A stretch of DNA of 64,000 nt from Nautiliaceae bacterium (GCA_039831155.1 JBDONT010000043.1:64001-128000), one strand, 5' to 3'. Positions 51,718 through 62,370 are shown, counted from the stretch's first letter. The notes: generated by a model from the sequence alone, not told the origin. Made by a program: numbers and translations.

Positions 51718-52317
51718 TTATTTTTTTATTCTTTTTAGTTTTTCTATCCCTTTTAAGTCTTCTTCATTCCATTGATAGTAAGTCCCGAAAATTCTATCCC
51801 ATATGTCGGTTGTAATTCCGTGGTTTAGTTTCGGTTTTTTGTGATGAACGAAATGAAACTCTTGCATATATCTCCAGTAATTGCTGGCAAATTCGCGTCT
51901 ATGCATAATGTGATGCATTATTCCGTAGTTAAAATACCCTAAAGTCATTCCTCCTACTATTGCAAAAGCATCGCTGCTTGGCATAAAAAAGTGAAACAGC
52001 CATGCAAAAAATGAGGCTATTACGGCACTCATAAAAAACGGCATTGCATCGTAACTAAAAGGGTTTTGATGATGGTGAGCGTGACCTTCTATAAAAATTT
52101 TTAGCGGATGTTCTTCATGAAATAGCCAAGCGTGAACGGCATATTCTAAAAACGTAAAAAATATTACCCCTACAATAAATAAAGCAAAACTAGCCCAAAT
52201 GTCTTTTGAATAGTATAAACTTAAGCCTAAAAACACTACTGCAGTTAAAAAATCGGTAAATAAACTTAAATAGTAATTCCATTTTGAAGAAGTTATTTTT
52301 AAGATGATTTCTTTCAT
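51718..52317 (-). CDS. Fatty acid hydroxylase / sterol desaturase family di-iron membrane enzyme
   Basis: His boxes HAWLFH, HAHHH, HHIMH, HFVHH; NHGITT..WDRIFGT. Confidence 0.9.
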   Translation of the reverse strand: MKEIILKITSSKWNYYLSLFTDFLTAVVFLGLSLYYSKDIWASFALFIVGVIFFTFLEYAVHAWLFHEEHPLKIFIEGHAHHHQNPFSYDAMPFFMSAVIASFFAWLFHFFMPSSDAFAIVGGMTLGYFNYGIMHHIMHRREFASNYWRYMQEFHFVHHKKPKLNHGITTDIWDRIFGTYYQWNEEDLKGIEKLKRIKK

Positions 52318-52416
52318 TTCTCTCTCCTTAAGAAGGACTTATAGGTAGTTATAATTTGTAATTATACCAGAAATAATGTTTCTTTTGGTATAATTTAGTA
52401 AAAAAAAGGATTGTTA

Positions 52417-53058
52417 ATGTTTAAAAATAGAGAGGAGGCTGGGAAGTTCTTAGCTCAAAGATTAAAAAAACTTCAAGAAGAAAAAAAAATCATAGACCCG
52501 ATAGTTGTGGCTATTCCAAGAGGGGGAGTGGCAGTAGGTGCTGAAATTGCAAAAGAGTTAAATGCTCCTTTGGATTTACTTTTTGTAAAAAAAATACCGG
52601 CTCCTAATAACGAAGAACTTGCAATAGGGAGTATTAGCGAAAACGGATTGGTGTTTTTAAATCAAGCGTTAGTTAATACGTTAGGGGTGGAAGAAAATTA
52701 TTTACAAGAAAGAGGAGTTGAAAAAATTCAAGAAATGGCAAGACTTAGAGACAAATATAAGCACGAACCTGTTTTGCTTGAAGAGAAGGATGTGATTTTA
52801 GTCGATGACGGTATAGCAACTGGTGCTAGTATGTATCTTGCTGCTCAAAGTATCGTAAGAGACAGACCAAGAAGCGTAATAATCTCAGCTCCCGTTATGC
52901 CAAATGATGAAACTATTATAAACACTTTAAAAAGCGTATCTCATCATATGGAAATTTTAAAAACTGCTGATAATTTTATGAGTGTAAGTAAGTGGTATGA
53001 GGATTTTCATCAACTAAGTGATAAAGAAGTTAAGGATATTTTAAAAGAATTTCAGTAA
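52417..53058 (+). CDS. Phosphoribosyltransferase-family protein
   Basis: FKNREEAG, IPRGG, ILVDDGIATGASM. Confidence 0.9.
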   Translation: MFKNREEAGKFLAQRLKKLQEEKKIIDPIVVAIPRGGVAVGAEIAKELNAPLDLLFVKKIPAPNNEELAIGSISENGLVFLNQALVNTLGVEENYLQERGVEKIQEMARLRDKYKHEPVLLEEKDVILVDDGIATGASMYLAAQSIVRDRPRSVIISAPVMPNDETIINTLKSVSHHMEILKTADNFMSVSKWYEDFHQLSDKEVKDILKEFQ

Positions 53059-53062
53059 TTAA

Positions 53063-53149
53063 TGGTGCGACGGGAGGGACTCGAACCCTCACGGGCTAAT
53101 GCCCACAAGGCCCTCAACCTTGCGTGTCTACCAATTCCACCACCGTCGC
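53063..53149 (-). tRNA. tRNA-Leu(GAG)
   Basis: Minus strand GCGACGG...CAAGG-TT-GAG-GG-CCTTG, long variable arm, GGTTCGA, CCA. Confidence 0.97.
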
Positions 53150-53173
53150 TTGGATTGAAATTATATCAAAAAT

Positions 53174-53599
53174 TTAAGCAAAATAGAAGTTTTTTATTTT
53201 TATCTCTTTTTTTATTTTTTCAATTTCGGATTTTATTTTTTTGTTTACTATTTCAAGTAAAGAATCTAGATATTTTTTAAGTTTTTTAGCCGTACTTTCG
53301 TCTAGTTCGTAATTTTTTACTATTTTTTCTATTTTTTGCAGTTTTATTAAAAGTTTTCCTTTTGAATTTATTATATTTTCTATTTCGGTATTGGGGTTAA
53401 AGATAGAAAAGTTTTTTACGTTTTTAGTAAGAATAATTGTGTTTTCGGATTTTACTTCTATATTACAGCCGTCTAATTTTAATATGGTTTTTACTTTTTT
53501 GTTTATATAAGTGGTGTTTAAGTGTAAAGTTGTTTTTTGAGAAGGTTTTAAACTGTTACATTGATTTATAAGGAGTGTAATAAAAGAAGTTAAATCCAT
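53174..53599 (-). CDS. Hypothetical protein
   Basis: 141 aa Lys/Ile-rich ORF between atpE and the tRNA; weak SD. Confidence 0.5.
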   Translation of the reverse strand: MDLTSFITLLINQCNSLKPSQKTTLHLNTTYINKKVKTILKLDGCNIEVKSENTIILTKNVKNFSIFNPNTEIENIINSKGKLLIKLQKIEKIVKNYELDESTAKKLKKYLDSLLEIVNKKIKSEIEKIKKEIKIKNFYFA

Positions 53600-53621
53600 A
53601 AGAAAATCCCAAAAGAAGGGA

Positions 53622-53930
53622 TTATGCTCCTAGGAATGGGTTAGCGTAAAGAGCGATAAGTGCAAGTACAAGTGCGTAAATAACTTGTGCTTCGATCATC
53701 GCTAATGCGATGAACATTGTACCCATAAGTTTACCACCCATACCAGGGTTTCTAGCTGTACCAGCGATTGTAGCCGCTGCAGTGTGTCCCATACCGATTG
53801 CACCACCAAGTGCTGCAAGACCAAGACCGATTACTGCTGCGATTACGCTGTAAGCTTTAATCATTGTTTCACCATCAGCTGCGAAAGCGAATGCTGCGAA
53901 AATTGCCATAAGTGCTACGATTTTTTTCAT
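53622..53930 (-). CDS. atpE: F0F1 ATP synthase subunit c (with N-terminal extension)
   Basis: GxGxAALGGAIGMG, ARNP loop, IEAQVIY; signal-like N-terminus typical of Campylobacterota. Confidence 0.96.
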   Translation of the reverse strand: MKKIVALMAIFAAFAFAADGETMIKAYSVIAAVIGLGLAALGGAIGMGHTAAATIAGTARNPGMGGKLMGTMFIALAMIEAQVIYALVLALIALYANPFLGA

Positions 53931-53957
53931 AGTACATCCTTTTTGTGATATTTTATT

Positions 53958-54003
53958 ACGTTACGCCCGTTCGGCTTGCGTGTCCCTACTTAACACGTAA
54001 CGC
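53958..54003 (-). promoter_or_regulatory. Candidate structured 5' leader of atpE
   Basis: GC-rich patch with CGTTACG/CGTAACG and CGTGTT/GACACG stems, just downstream of TATAAT (54015-54010). Confidence 0.5.
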
Positions 54004-54050
54004 GTTGAAATTATAATTAAAAAATTTTTTTTTTGCAAGTTAAACTTAAA

Positions 54051-55106
54051 TTAATTTAAAAATTTCTTAATTCTTTTTACTGCAATTTCCAGCTCTTTTA
54101 TATCTTTTGTATAGGCTATTCTTATAAAGTTTTTAAAATCTCCAAAATCAATGCCAGGTGTTACTGCCACTTTGGCTTTGGTTAAAAGTTCATTACAAAA
54201 TTTTAAAGCATCATTGCTATATTCGCTTATATCACACCAAAGATAAAAAGCTCCCTTAGGTTTTGTTATGGGGAAGAGTTCTTTTAATTCTCCGTATAAA
54301 AAGTCTCTTCTTTTTTTAAACTCTTTTTTAATTGACTCTAAATAGTTGTAATCAAACGCGTCAAGGGCTGCATATTGGGAGAGAGTAGGGGCTGAAATTA
54401 AGATGTTTTGGGCTATTATTTCGGCTTCTCTTAAAAGCTTATCCGGCACTATCATCCATCCTATTCTAAGCCCGGGCATACAAAAAAACTTACTAAAGCC
54501 GTTTATTACTATTGCGTTTTTATTGTATTTAACGGCACTCGTATAATCTTCTTCGTAAATTAATCCGTGGTAAAGTTCGTCGCTTATTAAGGTAATGTTG
54601 TTGTTTTGGCAATATTCGCATATCTCTTTTAATTCGTTTTTATTGTAAACGCTACCTGTAGGGTTATTTGGGAATGAAATTAACAGAGTATCGATATTTT
54701 GTGGTATGTCTTTAGGGGTTAATTTATAAGTTTTGGTTTTTATAAACTCTTTGTTTTCAAGTTTTGCGAAATTTTCATAGCAAGGATAACCGGGAGTCTG
54801 GGTTGCTATTTTGTTTGAAAAATATAGAGCGATTAAAAAGGCTGTAGAGGTTCCGGTTGTTATTAAAATATTGTTTGGGTTTATGTCTATATTGTAAAAA
54901 ACTTTATAATGAGCGGCTATTTTTTCTCTTAATTCCGGTAAACCTTTGGACTGGGTATAAAAAAATTTGTTTTTATCTATGGCTTTTTGAAGTGCTTTTT
55001 TTACACTGGGAGGTGGCAGTAGGTCCGGTTCTCCTATTTCAAGATGAATTACATCTTCAATTTCTTTAGCTTTTTTTACGATATCCATTACGATGAAAGG
55101 TTTCAT
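54051..55106 (-). CDS. Class I/II PLP-dependent aminotransferase
   Basis: IGEPD, PNNPTG, SDELY, NGFSKFFCMPGLRIGW, GAFY. Confidence 0.92.
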   Translation of the reverse strand: MKPFIVMDIVKKAKEIEDVIHLEIGEPDLLPPPSVKKALQKAIDKNKFFYTQSKGLPELREKIAAHYKVFYNIDINPNNILITTGTSTAFLIALYFSNKIATQTPGYPCYENFAKLENKEFIKTKTYKLTPKDIPQNIDTLLISFPNNPTGSVYNKNELKEICEYCQNNNITLISDELYHGLIYEEDYTSAVKYNKNAIVINGFSKFFCMPGLRIGWMIVPDKLLREAEIIAQNILISAPTLSQYAALDAFDYNYLESIKKEFKKRRDFLYGELKELFPITKPKGAFYLWCDISEYSNDALKFCNELLTKAKVAVTPGIDFGDFKNFIRIAYTKDIKELEIAVKRIKKFLN

Positions 55107-55115
55107 TGTTTTCCT

Positions 55116-55802
55116 TTAAAGAAGAGGTTTATAGGGAGTTGCGTAAGCTTTTTTCGCTTTTACTTCTACTATTTCGTATTCGTATGGTTTTAGGGTGTTT
55201 GGGATAATTACGGCTGATAATTTGTTTCCGTATACGCACCCCGTATCAATTCCTAAGGAATTTTTCTTTTTGTAAGGATTTTTAAAAGGGGTGTGACCGT
55301 ATACTATAAAGCTTTCGTGCCCTTTGTATACATCCGCCCAAAAGTATCCTTTTTTATTGTGATTCAGAGGTAAAAAATTATCGTTTTTATCCACTTCTCT
55401 GGTAAAAAGCAGCAAATTTAATTGATGAAAAGAAGGGTTGTTTAAATGGATTTTATTTGTTATACCGGCGTGTATTACGGTTAGACGGTTGGTTTTAAAA
55501 AAATATGGCATAGAAGAGATAAACTCAAAATCCTCTTTTTTTAATTTAGGATAAATTTTTTGTTGGTCTTCATCAAGAATGACTTTTCTTCCCCACCATT
55601 TTCTAAGGTGTTTGTATTCGTGGTTTCCTAGAAGGGAGAAAATTTTGTTTTTTTTTACGTATCTTAAAGTTTCAACGCAAAAAGGGCCTTTATCTAAAAT
55701 ATCTCCTACGCATATTTCAAAAGAGTTTTTGGGAATTAATTTTCTTAATTCCTCAAACTCTTCCAAACATCCGTGAATATCACCGTATATTACATATTTC
55801 AT
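55116..55802 (-). CDS. Metallophosphoesterase (PrpE/ApaH-like)
   Basis: GDIHG, GDILDKG, GNHE, HAG, GHTP, IDTGCVYG. Confidence 0.9.
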   Translation of the reverse strand: MKYVIYGDIHGCLEEFEELRKLIPKNSFEICVGDILDKGPFCVETLRYVKKNKIFSLLGNHEYKHLRKWWGRKVILDEDQQKIYPKLKKEDFEFISSMPYFFKTNRLTVIHAGITNKIHLNNPSFHQLNLLLFTREVDKNDNFLPLNHNKKGYFWADVYKGHESFIVYGHTPFKNPYKKKNSLGIDTGCVYGNKLSAVIIPNTLKPYEYEIVEVKAKKAYATPYKPLL

Positions 55803-56197
55803 TTGAACTGTTTTAGATAATTACACGCAGATTTATTGCCTAATTTACAAGCTTTTTTTAGTAAAAGTACGGCTTTATTTGTATCTTGTTTTACGATGTT
55901 TCCTTTATAGTAATAATAAGCCAAAAGAGTGCAGCTGTCCGCATCATTTAGTTTGCAACCTTTTTTATAGAATGAAACCGCTTTATTTAAATCTTTTTTA
56001 GTACCGATTCCTTTGTTGTACATATATCCTACCATTCCACACGCATAAGCGTCGTTTTTTTTACATCTTTTTTCAAAACCTTCAAAAGATTTTTTATATT
56101 CACCTTTTAAATAAAGTTTTAAATCCGGGTCGTTTGTAGTTCCGTGTTGAGCAAATAAGAAAACTGCACTTAAAAGTGTTAAGATAAATTTTTTCAT
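55799..56197 (-). CDS. Secreted Sel1-like repeat protein
   Basis: Signal peptide; Cys-paired Sel1 repeats (ACGMVGYMY..G, KACKLG). Confidence 0.88.
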   Translation of the reverse strand: MKKFILTLLSAVFLFAQHGTTNDPDLKLYLKGEYKKSFEGFEKRCKKNDAYACGMVGYMYNKGIGTKKDLNKAVSFYKKGCKLNDADSCTLLAYYYYKGNIVKQDTNKAVLLLKKACKLGNKSACNYLKQFK

Positions 56198-56260
56198 TTT
56201 TAGTCCTTTTTTTCAAATTATATCAAAAGTATCTCCGAACCTCGGAGCTTTGTTTTAGCT

Positions 56261-56734
56261 TCAAGCTACGCAACCAAAGCCGTCGTCATCTTCTTCGAAA
56301 TCGTGTGAGTGGTTGTCGTTTCCTGATATAATGCTTTCTTTAAAGGCGATAGCTTCGCCGTTATTGTAAATTGAATAGTAAATTTTACTTGTGTTTCTTA
56401 CGGTGTTTATAGTGCTGCAATACGTTTCAAGAGAACTTAATACCCATCTCCTTGCAGTCATAGCGTCTGCGTTTGATTCGAATTTATAAATAAAATGAAA
56501 CTCCGTAAAAATTCTAGGGTATGTCTCTTTTCTTTTATATTCGATTTCTAAAGTAAAGTTTTTTAGTTCGTACCCTTTGTTTTTTGCCATTTCCACAACG
56601 TCATAAGCCGAGCAGTTTCCAAGCCCGGTTATGAAATAGTCTATAGGGGTGTATTTTTTAGGGTCTATTATAATTACGTCTTTTCCGTTTGTAGCTTCGT
56701 ATAAGTGGTTGTTAAGGTGTCTTATTTTAATCAT
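56261..56734 (-). CDS. OsmC-family protein
   Basis: TP..F..GLGNCS and YCSTINT cysteine pair. Confidence 0.85.
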   Translation of the reverse strand: MIKIRHLNNHLYEATNGKDVIIIDPKKYTPIDYFITGLGNCSAYDVVEMAKNKGYELKNFTLEIEYKRKETYPRIFTEFHFIYKFESNADAMTARRWVLSSLETYCSTINTVRNTSKIYYSIYNNGEAIAFKESIISGNDNHSHDFEEDDDGFGCVA

Positions 56735-58103
56735 TATTCTCCTTTAAAAACTTTTCGAAATATTTTATTTGTTCTTCAACCCTGCTAGGAGATGTGGCAC
56801 CGTAACTTTTTCTGCTTTTCATTGAGTTTTCAAGACTTAAATCCACATCATTTCCTATTCTTTCATCTATGCTTTTTAACTCTTCAAGGCTTAAATCGCT
56901 TAAATCAACTCCCTTTTCTTCTGCTAACGCAACTGCACGTCCTGTTATATGGTGGGCTTCTCTAAAAGGTATTCCTTTATTTACCAGATAATCGGCTAAA
57001 TCGGTAGCCGTTAAGTGACCTTTTTTACAAGCTTGTAGCATTTTGTCTTTGTTGATAGTCATAGTTTTTAAAGTTTCATTTAAAATAGTTATTGAAATAA
57101 GAGCTGTTTTTACGCTGTCAAATACTCCTTCTTTATCTTCTTGAGTGTCTTTGTTATAGGCTAGAGGAAGTCCTTTCATTACGGTCAGTAAAGCCATTAA
57201 ATTCCCGTAAGCTCTTCCCGTTTTTCCTCTTATAAGTTCCGGTACGTCCGGATTTTTCTTTTGAGGCATAATAGAACTTCCGGTTGAATATTCGTCACTT
57301 AATGTAATAAAGCCAAATTCACTTGTCGACCAGATAATAAGCTCTTCACTGATTCTGCTTGCGTGCATCATAAGCATTGAGATGTTAAATAACAGTTCAA
57401 GTGCAAAATCTCTGTCACTTACCGTATCAAGACAGTTTATTGTAGGTTCGTCAAATCCTAGGGCTTTTGTGGTTTCGAATCTGTCTATGTTATGAGGAGT
57501 ACCGGCAAGTGCCGCACATCCTAAAGGGTTTTTGTTGTTTCTTTTATAGCTTTCGATAAATCTTTCGTAATCTCTTTTAAACATACTGGCGTACGCTAAC
57601 ATATGATACGCAAAACTGATAGGCTGGGCGTGCTGAAGATGAGTCATTCCCGGAAGTAGGGTGTGTTTGTGTTCTTTTGCTATATTTACGAAAGTTTTTA
57701 TTAATTCTTTGATTTTATCTGCAATTTCTAAGTTTCTTTTCAAACTCCATCTTCTGAAATCCACTGCCACCTGGTCGTTTCTGCTTCTTGCGGTATGGAG
57801 CTTTTTACCGGTATCTCCAATTAATTCGATAAGCCTTTTTTCTATAGCCATATGCAAGTCTTCATCGCTTATATCCCACTTAAATTCGCCTTTTTCTATC
57901 TCTTCTTTTATTTTTAAAAGACCTTCTTTTATTTTTTCAGCTTCTTCTTTAGTTATGATTCCTTGATTGGCTAGCATTTGAGAGTGGGCTATACTGCCTT
58001 CTATGTCTTCTATGTAAAGTTCTTTATCAAACATTATAGATGCATTAAATTCGTCTAAGAGTTTAGCGGCACTTTTAGAGAATCTTCCTCCCCATAACTT
58101 CAT
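56727..58103 (-). CDS. argH: Argininosuccinate lyase
   Basis: MKLWGGRF start at 58103; [26 protein letters not shown]. Confidence 0.97.
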   Translation of the reverse strand: MKLWGGRFSKSAAKLLDEFNASIMFDKELYIEDIEGSIAHSQMLANQGIITKEEAEKIKEGLLKIKEEIEKGEFKWDISDEDLHMAIEKRLIELIGDTGKKLHTARSRNDQVAVDFRRWSLKRNLEIADKIKELIKTFVNIAKEHKHTLLPGMTHLQHAQPISFAYHMLAYASMFKRDYERFIESYKRNNKNPLGCAALAGTPHNIDRFETTKALGFDEPTINCLDTVSDRDFALELLFNISMLMMHASRISEELIIWSTSEFGFITLSDEYSTGSSIMPQKKNPDVPELIRGKTGRAYGNLMALLTVMKGLPLAYNKDTQEDKEGVFDSVKTALISITILNETLKTMTINKDKMLQACKKGHLTATDLADYLVNKGIPFREAHHITGRAVALAEEKGVDLSDLSLEELKSIDERIGNDVDLSLENSMKSRKSYGATSPSRVEEQIKYFEKFLKENND

Positions 58104-58168
58104 AAGCGTTCCTTTTTTGGTAGAATTATACAATAATGAAACTTTAAGGCAAAACAAAGGAGTCCGGG

Positions 58169-58441
58169 ATGATGATAAACAATATAAATTCTCTTCAAGC
58201 ATATCAGACTTTAATTGATGTAAACGCAAACAATATAGCTAACGTAAATACCGAAGATTTTAACTCCACCGATGCCAGAATAGTTGATAAACTTGATATT
58301 TCTTCCTATCAAGAAGAGGGAGTAAACATCACAAAAGAACTTACGAACCAAATAGTAATTGAAGACGGATTTAAAGCTCAACTTCCAGCTATAAAAACTC
58401 AAGAAGAGATGGATAAAACCATTTTAGATATTAAGGCTTAA
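58169..58441 (+). CDS. Small flagellar rod/hook-like protein (N- and C-terminal rod motifs only)
   Basis: [23 protein letters not shown]...ILDIKA; SD AAGGAG. Confidence 0.8.
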   Translation: MMINNINSLQAYQTLIDVNANNIANVNTEDFNSTDARIVDKLDISSYQEEGVNITKELTNQIVIEDGFKAQLPAIKTQEEMDKTILDIKA

Positions 58442-58443
58442 AA

Positions 58444-59583
58444 ATGACAAAAAAAATGATAAATCTTCTCTTTGCCACTGCTTCTATTGAAAGATGGAAT
58501 GATTTACCAAGGCCCGTTAAGTTTATAGAACTTGACAAACAGGCTCATAAAATGATAATCGCTTATTTTTTGGCTCATTTTGAAAAGGACGTGGATTTTT
58601 ACAAACTTATTAATTTGGGTATAGCGGAGGTTTTATACAGAGCTATTTTAACGGATTTAAAATCTCCGGTTTATCACTATTTAAGAGAAAAAAACGGTGA
58701 AGCTTTAGATAGATTTGTTTTGGAGAATTTGGATGATGCAATTGATGACGAGTTAAAATATTATGTTAATGTATTAAATACCGATTCTTCAAAAGAGAAA
58801 CATATTTTATCCGCTGCCGGTTATTTAGCTAGTAAATGGGAGTTTGATATTATTTATAATTTTGCACCTAATATTTATGGTATAGAAGAAACTAAAAGAA
58901 ATTTGGAAAATTCTCTTGAGGATTTTTATGATTTGGAAGGAATGAAAGTACTTTCTTTAAAAAAGAAGAGTTATGATTTTATTTCTTTATGCGGTAATTT
59001 AAGATTTCAAAAGAGATGGGCTTATGTACCTAGAATTCCGGAAACTTCAGTGCTTGGACATATGCTTTTTGTTGCGATTGTCTCTTTTTTATTTACTAAA
59101 GAATACGGAGGTAATAAGCAAAAAGCATGTTATAACTTTTTTACGGGGCTTTTTCACGATTTACCGGAAGCCTTAACAAGAGATATAGTGGCACCCGTTA
59201 AGCATAACGTAAAAGGTTTGGATAAGATTTTAAAAGAGTATGAAAAGATGCTAATAGAAGAGAAAATTTTACCTTTGCTTCCTAAACATATACAAAAAGA
59301 ACTTAGGATTTTAATAACCGATGAATTTGCGAATAAAATTATTACCGAAGACGGATATGAGATAGTTGATTTTGTAAATAAAGATGTAGTGGGAATTGAC
59401 GGAAGTTTGATAAAAGTAGCGGATAATTTTGCCGCTTTTGTAGAAGCTTTAAAAAGTATTAAATACGGTATTAAGGCACCGGAACTTAAGAGAGCGGTTG
59501 AGTCTTGGCAAGAAAAATATAAAAATTTAAAATTATACGGAATCGATTTTTCAAAATATTTTAACGAAAAGTTTATAGAATGA
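58444..59583 (+). CDS. HD-domain protein (tandem YfbR-like domains)
   Basis: RWND, QAH; second domain KRW..SVLGH, FHDLPEALTRDI, AD. Confidence 0.85.
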   Translation: MTKKMINLLFATASIERWNDLPRPVKFIELDKQAHKMIIAYFLAHFEKDVDFYKLINLGIAEVLYRAILTDLKSPVYHYLREKNGEALDRFVLENLDDAIDDELKYYVNVLNTDSSKEKHILSAAGYLASKWEFDIIYNFAPNIYGIEETKRNLENSLEDFYDLEGMKVLSLKKKSYDFISLCGNLRFQKRWAYVPRIPETSVLGHMLFVAIVSFLFTKEYGGNKQKACYNFFTGLFHDLPEALTRDIVAPVKHNVKGLDKILKEYEKMLIEEKILPLLPKHIQKELRILITDEFANKIITEDGYEIVDFVNKDVVGIDGSLIKVADNFAAFVEALKSIKYGIKAPELKRAVESWQEKYKNLKLYGIDFSKYFNEKFIE

Positions 59584-60287
59584 AATGGGTAATTTTTTTA
59601 ACGCTTTTTTTATATGCCGATGTAAAAATTTATGTTTATACTATAAAAATGAATTATGAAGAATTTACAAATTCTTCTTTGCTGGATAAAGATTCGACAT
59701 ATTTATTCGATTTAAACGGTATAAGAGTAAAGTATTATAATGTTCGATATTTTTTAAATATGGAGTTTGCTTACGGAAGGAGTGTTTATCAAGGAAAGAC
59801 GTGGAGTAATAAAGATTTAAGATTAGTTCAAAAAGATGTTAATATTTTTAATATTAAAGGAGCTTATTTCTTAAATAAAAAGTTTTATTTATTGGGAGGG
59901 TATAGAAGGTGGAATAGAGGAAAAAGCGATTATGAAGGAGATTATAATGAAATTTATTATTGGAGTTATATAGGCATAGGAAAGTTTTTTCGTATAAAAA
60001 ATTTAACGGCATCGATAGAGTATCAATATGCTATCAACCCTAAGTTAAGAGTTTTGTTAGGTAACGGAGCTCTTTTGAAATTAGGAGAAACGAATGGATT
60101 ATCGGGAGAGGTTAGATATTCTTTTTTAATTAATGATATTGTTTGGGAAATTTTTTACAGATGCTGGATGTGGTTTGTTGATAAAAGCAATACTTCAGAA
60201 ATTACTCTTAAAAATTCATTATATAATATTTATGAACCTGCAAGTCTTACCATTAATCAATATTTCGGAATAGGAATAAGGTATTAA
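59580..60287 (+). CDS. Putative outer-membrane beta-barrel protein
   Basis: Short signal peptide, aromatic-rich alternating strands, C-terminal YFGIGIRY. Confidence 0.6.
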   Translation: MKWVIFLTLFLYADVKIYVYTIKMNYEEFTNSSLLDKDSTYLFDLNGIRVKYYNVRYFLNMEFAYGRSVYQGKTWSNKDLRLVQKDVNIFNIKGAYFLNKKFYLLGGYRRWNRGKSDYEGDYNEIYYWSYIGIGKFFRIKNLTASIEYQYAINPKLRVLLGNGALLKLGETNGLSGEVRYSFLINDIVWEIFYRCWMWFVDKSNTSEITLKNSLYNIYEPASLTINQYFGIGIRY

Positions 60288-60302
60288 GGGAAAGTCCCTT
60301 AA
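60284..60302. terminator. Hairpin between convergent genes
   Basis: TTAAGGGA-AAG-TCCCTTAA 8-bp stem. Confidence 0.5.
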
Positions 60303-60305
60303 GGG

Positions 60306-62243
60306 TTAGTTAATAACCCCAATAATAGCTTCTACTACGCTTGGGTCTTCTAGAGTTGAAGTGTCTTGTGTGATTTCTTCTCCTTTTGCAATGCTTCTTA
60401 GGATTCTTCTCATAATTTTTCCGCTTCTTGTTTTCGGAAGTCCCGGTACAAACGCAAAATTATCAACTTTTGCAATAGCTCCTATCTCTTCTTTTATAAT
60501 GTCGTTTATCTCTTTCGTAATTTCAATCTCTTCTGCTATTGTGTCGTTTTTTAAGACGATATAAGCAAAGATACTCTCACCTTTAATATCATCCGGCTTT
60601 CCTACTACCGCTACTTCCGCTACGTGAGGATGTTTTTTTATAGCAGCTTCGATTTCAGCAGTCCCTAGTCTGTGTCCCGAAACGTTTATAACGTCATCCA
60701 CTCTTCCGGTAATCCAAATATATCCGTCTTCGTCGTATACCGCCCCGTCACCTGAGAAGTATACCGGTTTTCCGTTCTTTTTGGCAGTTGAGAAGTAGCT
60801 TTTTACAAATCTATCTGGGTCATTCCAGATTGTTCTAATCATACTAGGCCAAGGTCTTGTAATACATAAAAGACCTTTTTCACCTGTTTGCATTTTGTTA
60901 CCTTCTTCATCGATAATTTCTGCAAAAATCCCAGGTAGTGGGAATGTGGCACTTGCCGGTTTAATTGGAGTTGCAGCCGGAAGAGGACTTATCATATGAC
61001 CTCCGGTTTCCGTTTGCCACCAGGTATCCACAATAGAACATCTGCCGCCTCCCACAACATCATAATACCATTTCCAAGCCGGAGGGTCGATAGGCTCTCC
61101 AACAGTTCCAAGAATTCTAAGTGAGCTTAAATCATATTTTTTAGGTTCATCCGCTCCCATTTTGTTAAGAAGTCTAATGGCAGTTGGGGCCGTGTAGAAC
61201 TGATTAACTCTATAATCTTCTATCATTTTCCAAGCACGTCCGGCATCCGGATAAGTAAGTACTCCCTCAAACATAACTGTAGTAGCCCCGGCTGCAAGAG
61301 GACCGTAAACTATATAGGTATGACCTGTAATCCATCCGATATCTGCAGTACACCAGAACGTATCGTTATCTTTTATATCAAATACCCATTCCATTGTAAG
61401 TTGAGCCCATAGAATATATCCGGCTTGAGAGTGTTGTACTCCTTTTGGTTTTCCGGTACTTCCGGAAGTATAAAGTAAAAATAGAGGGTCCTCGCTATCC
61501 ATAATTTCCGCTTCGCATTTACTGCTTTGATTTTTTATAAGTTCGTTATAACTTACGTCTCTACCTTCAACCCATTGAATTTCTTCATTGTTTCTTTCAA
61601 CTACTATTACTTTTTCTACACATTCAACTCCTTCAATAGCTTTGTCAACTACCGGCTTTAGCATATAAGGTTTGCCTTTTCTGTATGCTCCGTCGGCTGT
61701 AATTACCACTTTTGCTTTAGCGTCAAGAATTCTGTCTTTTAAAGCTTCTGCACTAAACCCTCCGAATACCACACTGTGAATAGCTCCTATTCTAGCACAC
61801 GCAAGCATTGCAAACGCAGCTTCCGGAATCATAGGCATATAAATTACGACTCTATCGCCTTTTTTTACTCCTAGACTTTTTAATAGGTTTGCAAATTTAT
61901 TTACTTCTTTATATAATTCAAGATAAGTGATAACTCTTTTTTCTCCGTTGTCACCTTCCCAAATAATAGCGGCTTTGTTTTTTTTGGTATCTAAGTGTCT
62001 GTCGATACATTGATGGGCGACATTTAGTTTTCCACCTATAAACCATTTATAAAAAGGAGCATTACTTTCATCTAAAACTTTTGTAAAAGGTTTTTCCCAT
62101 TTTAGTTTGATTCTTGCGAGTTTTCCCCACGTTTTTTCGTAGTCTTTTTCAAACTCTTCTACCATTTCTTTGTATTCACACATATTTTTAAACGCCGGAT
62201 TTTTAAATAGTTCTTTTTTTGGATAATAAACTTCTTTTAGCAT
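60306..62243 (-). CDS. acs: Acetyl-CoA synthetase
   Basis: [36 protein letters not shown]. Confidence 0.97.
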   Translation of the reverse strand: MLKEVYYPKKELFKNPAFKNMCEYKEMVEEFEKDYEKTWGKLARIKLKWEKPFTKVLDESNAPFYKWFIGGKLNVAHQCIDRHLDTKKNKAAIIWEGDNGEKRVITYLELYKEVNKFANLLKSLGVKKGDRVVIYMPMIPEAAFAMLACARIGAIHSVVFGGFSAEALKDRILDAKAKVVITADGAYRKGKPYMLKPVVDKAIEGVECVEKVIVVERNNEEIQWVEGRDVSYNELIKNQSSKCEAEIMDSEDPLFLLYTSGSTGKPKGVQHSQAGYILWAQLTMEWVFDIKDNDTFWCTADIGWITGHTYIVYGPLAAGATTVMFEGVLTYPDAGRAWKMIEDYRVNQFYTAPTAIRLLNKMGADEPKKYDLSSLRILGTVGEPIDPPAWKWYYDVVGGGRCSIVDTWWQTETGGHMISPLPAATPIKPASATFPLPGIFAEIIDEEGNKMQTGEKGLLCITRPWPSMIRTIWNDPDRFVKSYFSTAKKNGKPVYFSGDGAVYDEDGYIWITGRVDDVINVSGHRLGTAEIEAAIKKHPHVAEVAVVGKPDDIKGESIFAYIVLKNDTIAEEIEITKEINDIIKEEIGAIAKVDNFAFVPGLPKTRSGKIMRRILRSIAKGEEITQDTSTLEDPSVVEAIIGVIN

Positions 62244-62370
62244 CTTATCTCCTTAAGGCTTTTTATTTTATAATAGTAAAAAATCGTGAAAATTTTACTA
62301 GAATTAAAAGATAAACAATTTGAAAAAAGTTTTATGTGTAAATTTGTAACAAAAGAGGAAGAAAAAGAGA

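Noticed and set aside
53062..53280. 72-aa plus-strand ORF
   Set aside because: Antisense translation of tRNA-Leu(GAG)
53622..53930. Na+-coupled ATP synthase c subunit
   Set aside because: Has E-A-Q rather than E-S/T and lacks the helix-1 Gln, so probably H+-coupled
58104..58229. N-terminal extension of argH
   Set aside because: Overlaps the divergent gene and promoter; MKLWGGRF at 58103 with SD AAGGA is the conserved start
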